Positions 50,088 to 61,069 are shown, counted from the whole stretch's first letter. The stretch is 61,069 nt of DNA, filler included, from 5 parts of 5 records of this genome joined end to end with filler, not necessarily neighbours in it, one strand, 5' to 3'. The notes: a model not told the origin generated them from the letters alone. Program-made: numbers and translations.

Positions 50088-51053
50088 CCGTCGCGCCGTA
50101 CGAACGACACGATAAGGTTCAGGGGGACTTCGGCGGAACACAGGGGCAGCAGCCCCTTTCCGGGCCGCGGTTCGCAGGACTCCGGGAACCGCCAGATATT
50201 CATTCCGCTTCAGATAATGGCTGGGATAGACCACGTGTTGAATATGATTGCTGTTGCTGCAGACAAATCGATTGCCCCAGTCATCCATGGAATGTCCGAA
50301 TTGAGAACCGCCAGAAACGGGCTCCAGCTCTCTGGTTTTCGGGTTCAGTTTCAGATCGCGGCGACCGGCGGGGATGACCTCCTTGCCGTCCTTGAGAATC
50401 GAACCACCATTGGTACCACCCGCAAAATAAATGTGGTTATCCAGGCTCCACTTCAGATTATTCGCCAGTCCCTGCACATTATTCGTCTTCAGACCAGTGA
50501 AGACCGTCTCACGAATATCTGCCTTATGATCACCATCGGTGTCTTTGAAATAATAGATATTGGGTGGAGCAATCACATAGACGCCACCATCATAACAACA
50601 CACAGAAGTCGGCCATGTAATTGTGTCGGCAAAGACAAAACTCTGATCCATTTTGCCATCGCCGGTAGTGTCTTTTAACAGGCGGATCACACCCGCATTT
50701 TTTCTGACCGGCCGGTCGAAGTAATCGGGAACCTGATCCGGCAGATAAGGATAGCCTCGCATTTCCGCGACAAACATCTGACCGTTTTCATCAAAACAGG
50801 CATCGACGGGATCCATCACATCCGGCTCAGAAGCGACCAGTTCCAGCTGAAATCCCTGTTCGAGCTTGAATCCTTTCAGACTCTCTGTAGGTGACGTCGC
50901 GGGGATACGCTTCAGGCGTTTTGCTAAATCACCTTCGTCAGCCAGAGGCTTCTGAGCGGTGGCCCGAGAAAAATAACCACCGGTGAATAACAATACGATG
51001 GATAAACAGCCAGTGGCCAGACAGAACAGACTTCTCTGGGAAACCGAACGCAT
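50088..51053 (-). CDS. PVC-type membrane-bound dehydrogenase domain protein (partial, N-terminus)
   Basis: [53 protein letters not shown], typical of Planctomycete PVC-type heme-binding proteins. Confidence 0.85.
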
Positions 51054-51335
51054 ACAATCTGACTTTCTCTTTCAGAAAAGGCATGAATCAGGAGGGAGGC
51101 AGCCGCAACTACGAAAACAGCTGATTTTCGAAATCTAATCCGGAAAAGTGCACAATGGCAAGGTCCGGGCCGCCAATCCGACAATTATAAAGAACATTAA
51201 CGAATGCACTCTACCTTAGCCGGATCCAGAGGGAAATCAAGTCCAGATCGGTCGAATTACAGAACTCAGTGCGCAGCGACAATTCTTACGTCAGTTCTGC
51301 TGAGAATCCCTGATGAAAGCCAGAGGAAGGAGAAA

Positions 51336-52934
51336 TTATTCCCATTCAATGGTACTGGGAGGCTTAGAGCTCACATCATACACGACACGATTGATGCCAC
51401 GGACGTTATTGGTAATCCGGGTCGACATTCGCTCCAGAACTTCGTGAGGTAATGGTGACCAGTTGGCGGTCATAAAATCGTCTGTTTCGACGGCACGAAT
51501 GGCGGCGACATCTTCATAAGTCCGCCCATCACCCATCACCCCGACCGAGCGAATCGGCAGCAGGACGGCAAACGCCTGTTTTGTTTTCCGATACAGGTTT
51601 GCCTTGTGCAGTTCTTCGATGACAATCAGATCGGCTTCACGCAGCACTTTCAGGCGTTCTTCTGTCACTTCACCCAGACAACGTACTGCCAGTCCGGGAC
51701 CGGGGAAGGGATGCCGATAAATCAGCTCATCGGGTAACCCCAGTTCGTGTCCCATCTGCCGGACTTCGTCTTTGAATAATTCACGCAGGGGCTCGATCAG
51801 TTCAAAACCCAGTTTTTCAGGCAGACCACCTACATTATGGTGCGACTTGATGGTTGCCGCGGGTCCATCCGGGTTGGCCCCCGATTCAATCACATCCGGA
51901 TACAGTGTCCCCTGTGCCAGAAACTTTGCGTTCTCAATCGAGGCTGCTTCCTTCTGAAAGACCTCGATGAACAACCTGCCGATGATTTTCCGTTTTTCCT
52001 GGGGATCACTGACCCCCGCTAATTCGGATAAAAACAGATCGCGTGCATCAACCACATGCAGGTCGGTCTTGAAATGCTCACCAAAGCGATGCTCTACCTC
52101 ATCCGCTTCTCCTTTTCGCAGCAAGCCATTATCCACAAAAATACAGGATAATTGAGACCCGATGGCGCGATACAAGAGTGCGGCGACGACCGAGGAATCG
52201 ACTCCCCCCGATAAACCACAAATGACCTGCTTGTCCCCCACCCGTTCCCGGATCGTTTCGATTTCCTGCTCAATCAGGTTGGAAATTTTCCAGGTTCCCT
52301 CGCAACCGCATACTTTTTGTACGAAGTTTGAGAGCAACAGACCTCCAAATTCGGTATGTGTCACTTCGGGATGGAACTGCAGACCGAAAAAGGGTTTGCT
52401 GTGGTGTTTCACTGCGGCAAACTGACAGGTTTCCGTCGAAGCCAGAGACTCAAAATGTTCGCTCAGGTTCTGAACCTGATCGCCATGGCTCATCCAGGCG
52501 ATAAATTGGCTCGGGACACCTGAAAACAGATTGGAATGATCCAGAACCTGACTCGGCGTTCGGCCAAATTCCCGTGTCTCTCCCCCTTTGACTTCACAGC
52601 CTTGGGAAGCACAGACCAGTTGCATGCCATAACAGATTCCCAGAATCGGAATCCCCAGATTGAAGATCTCCGGATCCGGTTGGGGAGAATTCTCACCGTA
52701 AACACTGGCCGGACCTCCAGAGAGGATAATTCCCTTCGGATTCAACTCTCGGATCCGTTCGGCTGACAGATCGGGACGGGCTAACTGACTGAAGACGTTC
52801 TGTTCACGTACACGCCTTGTGATCAACTGAGCGGTCTGGGAACCAAAATCCAGCACCAGGATCAACTCTTCCTGTCTGGTATCAATAACACTCTGGGGAA
52901 CAGCATCCTGCTCAGAGATATGTGGATCAGTCAT
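51336..52934 (-). CDS. guaA: GMP synthase (glutamine-hydrolysing)
   Basis: [42 protein letters not shown] at 52934. Confidence 0.97.
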   Translation of the reverse strand: MTDPHISEQDAVPQSVIDTRQEELILVLDFGSQTAQLITRRVREQNVFSQLARPDLSAERIRELNPKGIILSGGPASVYGENSPQPDPEIFNLGIPILGICYGMQLVCASQGCEVKGGETREFGRTPSQVLDHSNLFSGVPSQFIAWMSHGDQVQNLSEHFESLASTETCQFAAVKHHSKPFFGLQFHPEVTHTEFGGLLLSNFVQKVCGCEGTWKISNLIEQEIETIRERVGDKQVICGLSGGVDSSVVAALLYRAIGSQLSCIFVDNGLLRKGEADEVEHRFGEHFKTDLHVVDARDLFLSELAGVSDPQEKRKIIGRLFIEVFQKEAASIENAKFLAQGTLYPDVIESGANPDGPAATIKSHHNVGGLPEKLGFELIEPLRELFKDEVRQMGHELGLPDELIYRHPFPGPGLAVRCLGEVTEERLKVLREADLIVIEELHKANLYRKTKQAFAVLLPIRSVGVMGDGRTYEDVAAIRAVETDDFMTANWSPLPHEVLERMSTRITNNVRGINRVVYDVSSKPPSTIEWE

Positions 52935-53453
52935 TACGTTCTCGAAAGTTAAAATCAATCGTTCATTTCATGGGAGGGACTCGCGCCAAGCCCTCTCAAG
53001 TGGTTTCTACGATTAAAAATCAGCCTGTTTGACTTATGTTAGAACTGGTGTGAAAAGCAAACCGCTATCTTAGCGATTCCATTTTCGAAATCCAATTCAG
53101 CACGATCAATTCGGTTAAGTAATACTGGAATCTTTACCTTTCAGTTAAAATACGAAAGCTACAAAGTCTATAGGCTCACTGATCGCTAATTTCATTCTTT
53201 CTCTTTCCGACATGATCGATGCTTTATATCTCAAAACGGAAACCAGCAAACAACTTACGGTAATAATATATTGAAGGGAGCGTTTGAACCATTTTTGCTG
53301 ATCCGTCCGATAATTCCAGTAATAGCACAACTGCGGAAAAGTAACTCTCCCCGGAAATTGTACGCCTTCATCTATTTCAGGGGACAATCAGCCAAGCGTC
53401 AGGAATCAGATACTTTTCCGCTCTCTTTTATCTCGATGCCAGGAACCAATCAC

Positions 53454-53839
53454 ATGTTTTTCTCATGGAAACATCTTCTCACGAGACACTGTCTCGCTCT
53501 GTTTGCAGGAACCACTATTCTGATCGCCGGCGGTCAGGCAGATGCACAGGTTATTCCTGGTACAGGGACCCGCATTGATGGGGCCTGGGATGATTTCGAA
53601 GATGAATCCTGGGAATACATTACCAACCTCCCCAAGAGCAGTACGAATGTCGATAAAGAAACACGCTACCCACTGGGACAATCCTCCAATGGCATCTGGA
53701 CTGAAAGTGCAAAACGAGGACAACCCGATGTGATTCAACGCGTCCCCACTCCTGAAGGTGGCCTGCCCGGCAGTAAGAGTTCGCTGATGATGAAAACCCT
53801 GCACACCGGTGTCCCTGGACACGGCAGCAGTGGATCGAA
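53454..53839 (+). CDS. Secreted Planctomycete hypothetical protein (partial)
   Basis: ATG at 53454 after AGGAA; signal peptide ending ADA; VIPGTG...DDFEDESW...ESAKRGQPD. Confidence 0.65.
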
Positions 53840-53939
53840 NNNNNNNNNNNNNNNNNNNNNNNNNNNNNNNNNNNNNNNNNNNNTTAATTAATTAANNNNN
53901 NNNNNNNNNNNNNNNNNNNNNNNNNNNNNNNNNNNNNNN
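53840..53939. other. Artificial contig spacer
   Basis: N run with TTAATTAATTAA. Confidence 0.98.
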
Positions 53940-55280
53940 CACCATGATGCAGGTTTCGTCGATATCGAGATCCGGATCGTCGATCTTCTCCTTGTAGTCC
54001 TCGATGGTCTCGAAAACCACGGCCCGGCCGCGATGCTTCATCAGTTCCGGCGATGCGGCGGATGGTTTGATGATAGCGCCGTCGGGGGCGAGGTTGCCGC
54101 GCAGGACGGCGATGCCGCCATTCGGCTTGAACGGCTTGTCCAGCGGGAAGATGACTTCCCGGTTCCAGCATTCCGCGTCCTTGTTGTTTTCCCAGAGCGT
54201 CCGGCCGTTCACCGTCATCGCATCCTTGTGGATGAAGCCTTCAAGCTCCCTGATGATGGCGGGCAGGCCGCCGGCATAGAAGAAATCCTCCATCAGGAAC
54301 TCGCCGGACGGCATCAGGTTGAGCAGGCAGGGCACGTCCCGGCCCAGCCGGTCCCAGTCGTCCAGCGTGATGTCGATGCCCATCCGCCCGGCGATGGCGA
54401 GCAGATGCACAACGGCATTGGTCGAGCCGCCGATGGCGCCATTGACCATGATGGCATTCTCGAAATTCTCGCGTTTCAGCACATCGGAAAGCTTGATGTC
54501 CTGGCGCACCATTTCAACGATCCGGCGCCCGGCCATCTGGGACAGCACATTGCGCCTGGAATCCACGGCGGGAATGGCCGCGTTGTGGGGCAGGCCAGCG
54601 CCGAGGGATTCGACCATGGAGGCCATGGTCGAGGCAGTGCCCATGGTCATGCAGTGACCGGCGGAGCGGGCATTGTCCTGTTCCGCATCCATGAAATCCT
54701 GCAGGGTCATTTCACCCGCACGGACCATTTCCGAGAATTTCCAGACATGGGTACCGCTGCCGACCAGCTCGCCCCGGTAGTGACCGTTCAGCATCGGGCC
54801 GCCGGAGACGGTGATCGTCGGCAGATCGCAACTCGCCGCGCCCATCATCAGCGATGGCGTGGTCTTGTCGCAGCCAACCAGCAGCACGACGCCATCCATG
54901 GGCAGGCCACGGATGGCTTCCTCGACATCCATCGAGGCGAGGTTGCGGTACAGCATGGCCGTCGGCCGGAGCTGGCTTTCGGAGGTGGAGAAGACCGGGA
55001 ACTCGACCGGCATGCCGCCAGCTTCATAAACGCCGCGCTTCACCCGTTCCGCGATATCGCGGAAATGAGCGTTGCAGGGATTGAACTCGGACCAGGTGTT
55101 GCAGATGCCGATCACCGGGCGCCCGTCGAACATGTCGGCGGGAATGCCCCGGTTCTTCATCCAGGACCGGTGCGCCCAGCCGTCTTTATCGGCTTTTCCG
55201 TACCAGTCGGACGAGCGCCGTTTGCCCTTGTCCGGATCGTTCTTGTTCGAATTGTCCCTGTTCGAATTGTCAGCGGCCAT
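53940..55280 (-). CDS. IlvD/Edd family sugar-acid dehydratase (L-arabinonate dehydratase-like; partial)
   Basis: GRPVIGICNTWSEFNPCNAH, GCDKTTP, GHCMTMGTAS, GGSTNAVVHL; ATG at 55280 after AAGGGGGAG. Confidence 0.9.
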
Positions 55281-55399
55281 TGCGCCGGTCTCCCCCTTGA
55301 CCATCGTCCGGTTTTAGCGCCGGACGTATTTTTCATCTATTACGAACCGTCTCACCGGTTCGCAACAGGGTCAAGGTGGTGACTGCGTAATGCGGCGGC

Positions 55400-56569
55400 T
55401 CAGCCGTTTTTAGCGGCCCAGTCCGTCAGCTTACTCATGAATTCAACGCATTCCTCGACCTGGGAGATCTCGATGAACTCGTCCGGCTGGTGCGCCTGCT
55501 GGATATATCCGGGGCCGAAAATCACGCCCGGGACGCCGGCCTGCTGGAAGAAGCCAGCCTCGGTGCCGAAGGAGACCGCGCCGGACTGGTTGAGACCGGT
55601 CAGATGGCGGATCAGGTCTTCGGCGGCGGATTCCGTGTCCGGCACGAGTGGTGGCACGTCATTGACCAGTTCCATGGTCACGCCGGCTTCGGGAGAGACG
55701 GCCTTCAGGGCCGGGTTCAGCTCGCTCTCGATATAGTCGCGGACACGCTGCTCGATGACTTCGCCGTCGTCGCCCGGATGCAGCCGCATGCCCCAGCGGA
55801 ATTTGGTGAATTCCGGGATGATGTTGTGCGCGGTGCCGCCTTCGATGACGCCGAGATCGATGGTGGTGTAGGGCGGATCGAACGGGCTGTCCTCATGCGC
55901 GTTCTCGCGCAGTTCGGTCTGGATCTGTTCCAGCAGATTGATGATCCGGGCGGCGAACATGATGGAATTGGCACCGCGATGCGGCTCGCTGGAATGGCCC
56001 GGTACGCCACGGACAACGACAGAGAGGCTGCGGCTGCCCTTGTTGCCGCCGATGATCTTCATGCCGGTCGGCTCGCCGACGACAACGGCGATCGGCAGAG
56101 GCAGGTTCTCGGCCATGTCCTTGATCAGGCCGCGCACGCCGATGCAGCCGATTTCTTCATCGTAGGAAAACGCGAGATGGATCGGTGTTTTCAGGCCGCG
56201 TTTTTTCATCTCCGGTGCCATGGCGAGGGCAATGGCGCAGAAGCCTTTCATGTCGGCGGTGCCGCGGCCGAACAGCTTCTTGTCGGCTTCCCACATCTTG
56301 AACGGCTCGTTGCTCCAGTCCTGACCGTCGACGGGAACCACGTCGACATGGCCGGAGAGAATGACGCCGCCCTTGTCTTCCGGGCCGATGGTGGCCCAGA
56401 GGTTGGCCTTGGTTTTGTCTTCGTTGAAGGTCGTCCGCGTCGGAATGCCGTGGCCTTCCAGATAGTCCCGCGCGAAATCGATCAGCGCGAGGTTGGAGAT
56501 ACGGGACGTGGTGTCGAATGCGACCAGACGGTCAAGCATGGAAATGGATTGGGCGAGCATCTCGCTCAT
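55400..56569 (-). CDS. argE: Acetylornithine deacetylase (M20)
   Basis: LSGHVDVVP, GRGTADMKGF, SYDEEIGC, GEPT, FGTEAG, AHQPDEF. Confidence 0.9.
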   Translation of the reverse strand: MSEMLAQSISMLDRLVAFDTTSRISNLALIDFARDYLEGHGIPTRTTFNEDKTKANLWATIGPEDKGGVILSGHVDVVPVDGQDWSNEPFKMWEADKKLFGRGTADMKGFCAIALAMAPEMKKRGLKTPIHLAFSYDEEIGCIGVRGLIKDMAENLPLPIAVVVGEPTGMKIIGGNKGSRSLSVVVRGVPGHSSEPHRGANSIMFAARIINLLEQIQTELRENAHEDSPFDPPYTTIDLGVIEGGTAHNIIPEFTKFRWGMRLHPGDDGEVIEQRVRDYIESELNPALKAVSPEAGVTMELVNDVPPLVPDTESAAEDLIRHLTGLNQSGAVSFGTEAGFFQQAGVPGVIFGPGYIQQAHQPDEFIEISQVEECVEFMSKLTDWAAKNG

Positions 56570-56593
56570 GTCGAATACCTTTCCGGGCGGCGC

Positions 56594-58045
56594 CTAACGG
56601 CGCCAGAAAGAGGGAGAGAGCATCACCAGAACGGTGAACAGTTCCAACCTGCCGAGCAGCATACCGAATGACAAGAGCCATTTTGCACTGGCTGGCAGGG
56701 AGTCGAAATTTCCGGCGGGGCCGATGATCGGGCCCAGGCCGGGACCGACATTGCTGATCGCGGTCGCGGCGCCGGACACGGCTGTGATGAAATCAAGTCC
56801 GATGAGGGCAAGCAAAACGGCAATCACCGCAAAGCAAAGTATGTAGAGAAAAAAGAACCCCATGACCGATTCCGAGACCGTTTCCGGGATCGGTTTGCGG
56901 TTGTAGTAGGGAATGAAAACCCCGTGCGGGCGCAGCAGCCGTTCAATCTGAACCTGTGCGGTGGCATAGAGCACCTGGATCCGGAAAATCTTGATGCCGC
57001 AGGTCGTCGATCCGGCACACCCGCCGATAAACATCAGGCACATGACGACGGTTACCGGGAAGCCGCCCCAGTTGCCGTAGTCGGTCGTGGTAAACCCGGT
57101 CCCGGTCATCACCGAGACCATGTTGAAGGCCGCATAGCGCAGCGCTTCCATCGGTGCGAAATCAAGCACATGCCAGTTCCACACGGAGATGGTGAAAACC
57201 ACGATCGCCACGATGGCCAAAAACCACTTCACCTGGCTGTCCTGGAACAGCGGGCGAAGCGATCCGCGCATCATCCGCAGATAGTAGACGAATGGCAGGC
57301 TGCCGGCGATCATGCCAACAAAGACGATCCAGTCCACAAGGGCACTATCATAATGCCCGATGGAATCGTCGCGGGTGGAGTAGCCGCCCGTTGCGATCGT
57401 TGCCATGGCATGTGTGATGGCATCGAACCCCGGCAGGCCGGCCGACCAGAGCGCGGTCGCACATATCGCGGTGAAGGCGAGGTAGATGGCGGTGATGCCG
57501 CCGGCCAGCTGGGCCGCGCGGGGTACCACTTTGTCCGGTGTATCGAACGCTTCGGTCTGGAATAGCTGCATACCACCGACGCTCAGCATCGGGAGTACGG
57601 CCAGGGCCATGACGATGATGCCGATGCCGCCAAGCCATTGCAGAAGAGCGCGCCAGAGCAGAATGCCCGGCGGCGCGTGATCAAGCCCGGCGATAACGGT
57701 TGCACCGGTTGTCGTCACACCGGACATGCTCTCGAAGAAGGCATCGGCGACGGTCATATCGAGCTGGGAGAAGGCGAAAGGCAGTGCTGCGACTGTGGCG
57801 ATCGTCAGCCAGCTGAGGGTGGTCAGCAGGAAGGCCTGACGTAGGCTCAGATTGGTTGCCGACGGGCTTTGCGTGCTCAGCATCAGCGAGACGCCGATAA
57901 ACAGGGTCAACGCGGACGAGCCGGTGAATACTCCCCAATCGGGATTGCCAACAATGAGATCCACACCGGCCGGCAGCAACATGGCCACAGCCATGATCGA
58001 CATGAGAAGGCCAATGATGTGAAGGACCGGACCAATGGCGACCAA
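56594..58045 (-). CDS. trkH: Trk system potassium uptake protein
   Basis: FESMSGVTTTGAT, QWLGGIGII, ATGGYST, GGCAGSTTCGIK, NVGPG, GRLE. Confidence 0.95.
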   Translation of the reverse strand: MVAIGPVLHIIGLLMSIMAVAMLLPAGVDLIVGNPDWGVFTGSSALTLFIGVSLMLSTQSPSATNLSLRQAFLLTTLSWLTIATVAALPFAFSQLDMTVADAFFESMSGVTTTGATVIAGLDHAPPGILLWRALLQWLGGIGIIVMALAVLPMLSVGGMQLFQTEAFDTPDKVVPRAAQLAGGITAIYLAFTAICATALWSAGLPGFDAITHAMATIATGGYSTRDDSIGHYDSALVDWIVFVGMIAGSLPFVYYLRMMRGSLRPLFQDSQVKWFLAIVAIVVFTISVWNWHVLDFAPMEALRYAAFNMVSVMTGTGFTTTDYGNWGGFPVTVVMCLMFIGGCAGSTTCGIKIFRIQVLYATAQVQIERLLRPHGVFIPYYNRKPIPETVSESVMGFFFLYILCFAVIAVLLALIGLDFITAVSGAATAISNVGPGLGPIIGPAGNFDSLPASAKWLLSFGMLLGRLELFTVLVMLSPSFWRR

Positions 58046-58122
58046 GTCCGCGCTCCAATTCCGTTTCGCACAGAGCGGGGATCATTGGACTGGCGCGCGT
58101 CCGATGTCCAGTCCCGAAACGG

Positions 58123-58151
58123 AAAAGGGGCGCAGCCGTAAGGCCCGCCCC
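58123..58151 (-). terminator. Probable intrinsic terminator downstream of folE
   Basis: Minus strand GGGGCGGGCC-TTAC-GGCTGCGCCCC-TTTT. Confidence 0.6.
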
Positions 58152-58180
58152 CTGGTCCTGCTAATTGTGCGTTCAGGCGG

Positions 58181-58825
58181 TTAGCCAGCCTTCGTAACCA
58201 GGTCGAAGAATTCCTTGCGGAGTTCAGCATCGTCCCTGAAGCAGCCGGTCAGGGTTTTGGTGACCATGCTGGCGCCCGGCTTGCAGACGCCTCGGGTCGT
58301 CATGCACTGGTGTTCCGCCTCGACCATGACGGCAACGCCCTTGGGCTGCAGCACGTCCTGGATCGTGTTGGCGATCTGCGCGGTCATTTTTTCCTGGATC
58401 TGCAGGCGTTTTGCGAAAGTCTCCACGACCCGCGCCAGCTTGCTGACGCCGACCACGCGATTGTTCGGCATATAGGCGATGGAAACCCGGCCGATGACCG
58501 GCAGCATGTGATGCTCGCAGTGGGATTCCATGCGGATATTCTTCAGCAGGACCATCTCGTGATAATCCTCGGTCTCCTCGAAGATGCGTTCGAGATAGAC
58601 ACGGGGGTCGCTGTAATACCCCCTGAACAGCTCTTCGTAGGAGCGCACCACGCGTGCCGGCGTCTCCAGCAACCCTTCGCGGTCCGGGTCGTCACCGGCC
58701 CACTCGATCAGGGTGCGAACAGCCGCTTCCGCTTCTTCGCGGGAGGGGCGGGATCCAATGACCTTGACGTCAAGGTCTGTGCTCGCCGCGGCCTCTGCGC
58801 GCAGTGCGTTGTCATAAGGCGACAT
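58181..58825 (-). CDS. folE: GTP cyclohydrolase I
   Basis: [41 protein letters not shown] at 58825. Confidence 0.96.
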   Translation of the reverse strand: MSPYDNALRAEAAASTDLDVKVIGSRPSREEAEAAVRTLIEWAGDDPDREGLLETPARVVRSYEELFRGYYSDPRVYLERIFEETEDYHEMVLLKNIRMESHCEHHMLPVIGRVSIAYMPNNRVVGVSKLARVVETFAKRLQIQEKMTAQIANTIQDVLQPKGVAVMVEAEHQCMTTRGVCKPGASMVTKTLTGCFRDDAELRKEFFDLVTKAG

Positions 58826-58913
58826 TTTGAATTCCTTCTCGGTCAAGAGCGCATGAATTGTAATGGGGTTACGCCCTCAGTGTTCCCAATGGATGCCCGC
58901 TTTGCGCATCCGC

Positions 58914-59315
58914 TCAGTTTGGCCGTCCGGCCGCTTCCGGAAGATCCAGTGCGAAACTGGGTACCGAAACAGTGAAAATCTGCCCGTCAGGGCCTGTCAT
59001 ATCGTAGTGGCCGCTCATGAAACCCGAAGGCGTTCCAAGCGGTGTGCCACTGGTATATTCGAAACTTTCGCCGGGCCGGATCACTGGTTGCTCGCCGACG
59101 ACGCCGGGTCCATCGACCTTCTGCTGGCGTCCGAGTGCATCGGTGATTTCCCAATGGCGCGCCCGCAGGCGTACTTCCTCGTCGCCGAGATTCTCTATCG
59201 TGACCCTGTAGGCCCAGACATAGCGGTGGTCTTCCGGATCGGAATGGTCCGGAAGATAATGGGGTTCGACGAAGACTCTGATCGGGCCCGTGGTCTCGCT
59301 GTACAACCGTGTCAC
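58914..59315 (-). CDS. apaG: Co2+/Mg2+ efflux-associated protein ApaG
   Basis: YVWAYRVTIEN, RHWEITD, GPGVVGEQP, FEYTSG. Confidence 0.95.
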   Translation of the reverse strand: MTRLYSETTGPIRVFVEPHYLPDHSDPEDHRYVWAYRVTIENLGDEEVRLRARHWEITDALGRQQKVDGPGVVGEQPVIRPGESFEYTSGTPLGTPSGFMSGHYDMTGPDGQIFTVSVPSFALDLPEAAGRPN

Positions 59316-59512
59316 TCCTCATGCGCACCGTCACCGTCCATCGCTGCCGACTTCCGGTTTCAACGCTATATGTGGAGCGAAAATCGGAAGAGTCCATATC
59401 GGGCGCACCCTGCGCTACCGCGGCTGGACGGGCAAGTGCCTGCACCTGCACAATCCCTCACCATGTCGTGACTATCGGGGCCTGTAAAGCGGCAGAGGGG
59501 GCGGCGAAACGG

Positions 59513-60838
59513 TTATCCGAAAATGAACAGGCCGTCGGAAACCGCTCCTTGGGAGACGCCGACCAGCGTGATCGTACCGCCATCGCTTAGGTTGACAATC
59601 GTGTTCGTACCGGATGCCGTGGTGCTGTGACCGGTGCCGGAGGCGAGCAGGATACGGTCCTCTGCGGTGTTGAAATCCAGGACCGTATCGGCTCCGGAAC
59701 CGTTGCCGATCATTGAGATGGTATCTGCGCCGTCACTGCCGGAGATCGTGTCATTCCCCGCATTTCCCGCGAGGATGTCCGCGCCGCCGCCGCCAATCAG
59801 CAGATCGCCGCCCGATCCGCCATAGAGCGTGTCCGCATCGGCGCCGCCATAGAGGATGTCGCTGTCCTGATTGCCGTAAATCAGGTCGGCTCCGGCATTG
59901 CCATAGATGATATCCGCGCCCTTGTTCCCGGCGAGCCGGTCGGCGTTATCACCGCCGGCCAGGAGGTCGTTTCCTGCTCCGCCAAAGAGGGTGTCATTGC
60001 CGGTATCGCCGGACAGCGTGTCATCGCCCTGATTGCCATAAATCAGATCGTTGCCGTCGACGCCGGAGACCACATCGTTGCCAGTACCGCCAAACACGGA
60101 ATCATTTCCGGCATCGGCGCTGATTGTATCGGAGTCTTGCCCGCCAAACAGCGCGTCGTTTCCGGCCCCTCCGGCCAGTAGATCCGCACCGACGTTGCCG
60201 TAGATGAAATCGTCCCCGTCGCCTCCGAAGAGAGAGTCCGTTCCCGCGTTGCCGAACAGGGAGTCAATTCCGGCCCCACCCGAAGCCTGGTCGTTCCCGG
60301 CTCCGCCAATGATGCTGTCATTATCCTCGCCGCCGAACAGGGCGTCATTGCCCTGTCCCCCGAACAGGGTATCGGCCCCGGAATCTCCATACAGGCTGTC
60401 GTCACCGATATTGCCGTAGACCACGTCATTCGATGCACCGCCATAGAGCAGGTCCTGGCCGAGGCCGACGCCACCATAGAGCACATCGAGGCCGCCGCCG
60501 CCGGTCACGGTGTCGTTGTCCGGCCCACCGCTGAAGGTATCGGCTGCTTCGGTGAGCGAGGCGTTGATCTTGGTTTGGGTGCCAAGCAAATTGACGCCGG
60601 ATACGGACACGCCAAGCGTGCTGTTGAAGGTGATCGTAATGGTGCCGGAAGGGGTGAAAAGATAATCCTGCGCGAAGGCAATCTCGTGCGCCGCATTGCT
60701 GTTGACAGCAATGGTGTCGTACCCGCGGGCGCCATCCAGACTCGTGGTCTGCAGAGTGCCGGACGTAATGGTTATTGTTCCAGAATCCGAGGCGAGCTCT
60801 GGCAGAGAACCTATATCGTCAACAGTTGTGGAGACCAT
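59513..60838 (-). CDS. RTX-repeat calcium-binding protein (probable type I secretion substrate)
   Basis: Long run of GGxGxDxLx nonapeptides; C-terminal GADTVLDFNTAEDRILL; no signal peptide. Confidence 0.9.
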   Translation of the reverse strand: MVSTTVDDIGSLPELASDSGTITITSGTLQTTSLDGARGYDTIAVNSNAAHEIAFAQDYLFTPSGTITITFNSTLGVSVSGVNLLGTQTKINASLTEAADTFSGGPDNDTVTGGGGLDVLYGGVGLGQDLLYGGASNDVVYGNIGDDSLYGDSGADTLFGGQGNDALFGGEDNDSIIGGAGNDQASGGAGIDSLFGNAGTDSLFGGDGDDFIYGNVGADLLAGGAGNDALFGGQDSDTISADAGNDSVFGGTGNDVVSGVDGNDLIYGNQGDDTLSGDTGNDTLFGGAGNDLLAGGDNADRLAGNKGADIIYGNAGADLIYGNQDSDILYGGADADTLYGGSGGDLLIGGGGADILAGNAGNDTISGSDGADTISMIGNGSGADTVLDFNTAEDRILLASGTGHSTTASGTNTIVNLSDGGTITLVGVSQGAVSDGLFIFG

Positions 60839-61006
60839 TTCTTACCTCCATTGCAGTCGATTTCTTCGGCTACAGTCAGTTCAATATTTGCATTTCAACC
60901 AGAAAGGCGCTGATTTTTCAACTTATATAGGTTCATTTAGAGAAAAATGCTCAACAAACGATTTCGCTTGTAAGCAAGGCGTCGCTTGCGCATCTTTGGC
61001 GGCGTT

Positions 61007-61069
61007 GCGGGTGTAGTTCAATGGTAGAACATCAGCTTCCCAAGCTGAATACGAGGGTTCGATTCCCTT
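61007..61069 (+). tRNA. tRNA-Gly (CCC), truncated at window end
   Basis: GCGGGTG TAGTTCAATGGTAGAAC; anticodon arm TCAGC-TTCCCAA-GCTGA (CCC at 61039-61041); T arm GAGGG-TTCGATT-CCCTT. Confidence 0.93.

Noticed and set aside
53271..53453. Upstream extension of the Planctomycete hypothetical ORF
   Set aside because: The signal peptide and RBS point to a start at 53454
54033..56671. 449-aa and 393-aa plus-strand ORFs
   Set aside because: Antisense shadows of the dehydratase and argE in high-GC DNA
58087..58114. GGACTGG...CCAGTCC inverted repeat upstream of trkH as a riboswitch
   Set aside because: Only a 7-bp stem in high-GC DNA, with no recognisable aptamer consensus
59700..60540. 27-nt periodic repeats as a possible CRISPR or tandem array
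   Set aside because: These are degenerate coding repeats of RTX nonapeptides, with no invariant repeat-spacer structure and no cas genes

Overview
The window is not one genome. It is five unrelated contigs joined by 100-nt N spacers that carry TTAATTAATTAA (16828-16927, 31251-31350, 49988-50087, 53840-53939). (1) 1-16827 is Bacteroidota (Cytophagales-like). It holds housekeeping, RNA-modification and signalling genes (MepB-like, DEAD helicase, ttcA, ssb, two orphan histidine kinases, a THUMP methyltransferase, thioredoxin-fold proteins). It ends in a decayed accessory strip where every toxin-like gene is broken (higB, a Fic N-terminus fused to an ATPase remnant, mobile mystery protein B), while the HTH partners and their palindromic operators are intact. 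The higBA module is flanked by a duplicated 3' end of the neighbouring host gene. (2) 16928-31250 is a Betaproteobacterial (Burkholderiales-like) core region: bamB-der, aroC, leuC-entericidin-leuD-leuB-asd-fimV-truA. (3) 31351-49987 is a Flavobacteriaceae-like locus for sulfated rhamno-uronan (ulvan-type) utilisation. It has two GH78, a GH105, two sulfatases and an unassigned lyase/dehydratase-like protein, interleaved with Gfo/Idh/MocA, ThuA, DUF1080 and GMC genes and an uncharacterised CBM-like/nucleoside-hydrolase-like fusion. (4) 50088-53839 is a Planctomycete fragment (PVC-type dehydrogenase-domain protein, guaA). (5) 53940-61069 is an Alphaproteobacterial fragment (IlvD/Edd sugar-acid dehydratase, argE, trkH, folE, apaG, an RTX-repeat protein, a truncated tRNA-Gly-CCC). 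The best leads for novelty are the redox/elimination module and orphan enzymes in the sulfated-glycan locus, the helically phased CG-box array between ssb and a Zn-ribbon gene, and the toxin-dead TA strip with its att-like repeat. Taxonomy and family calls come from motif recognition only; no database search was run.
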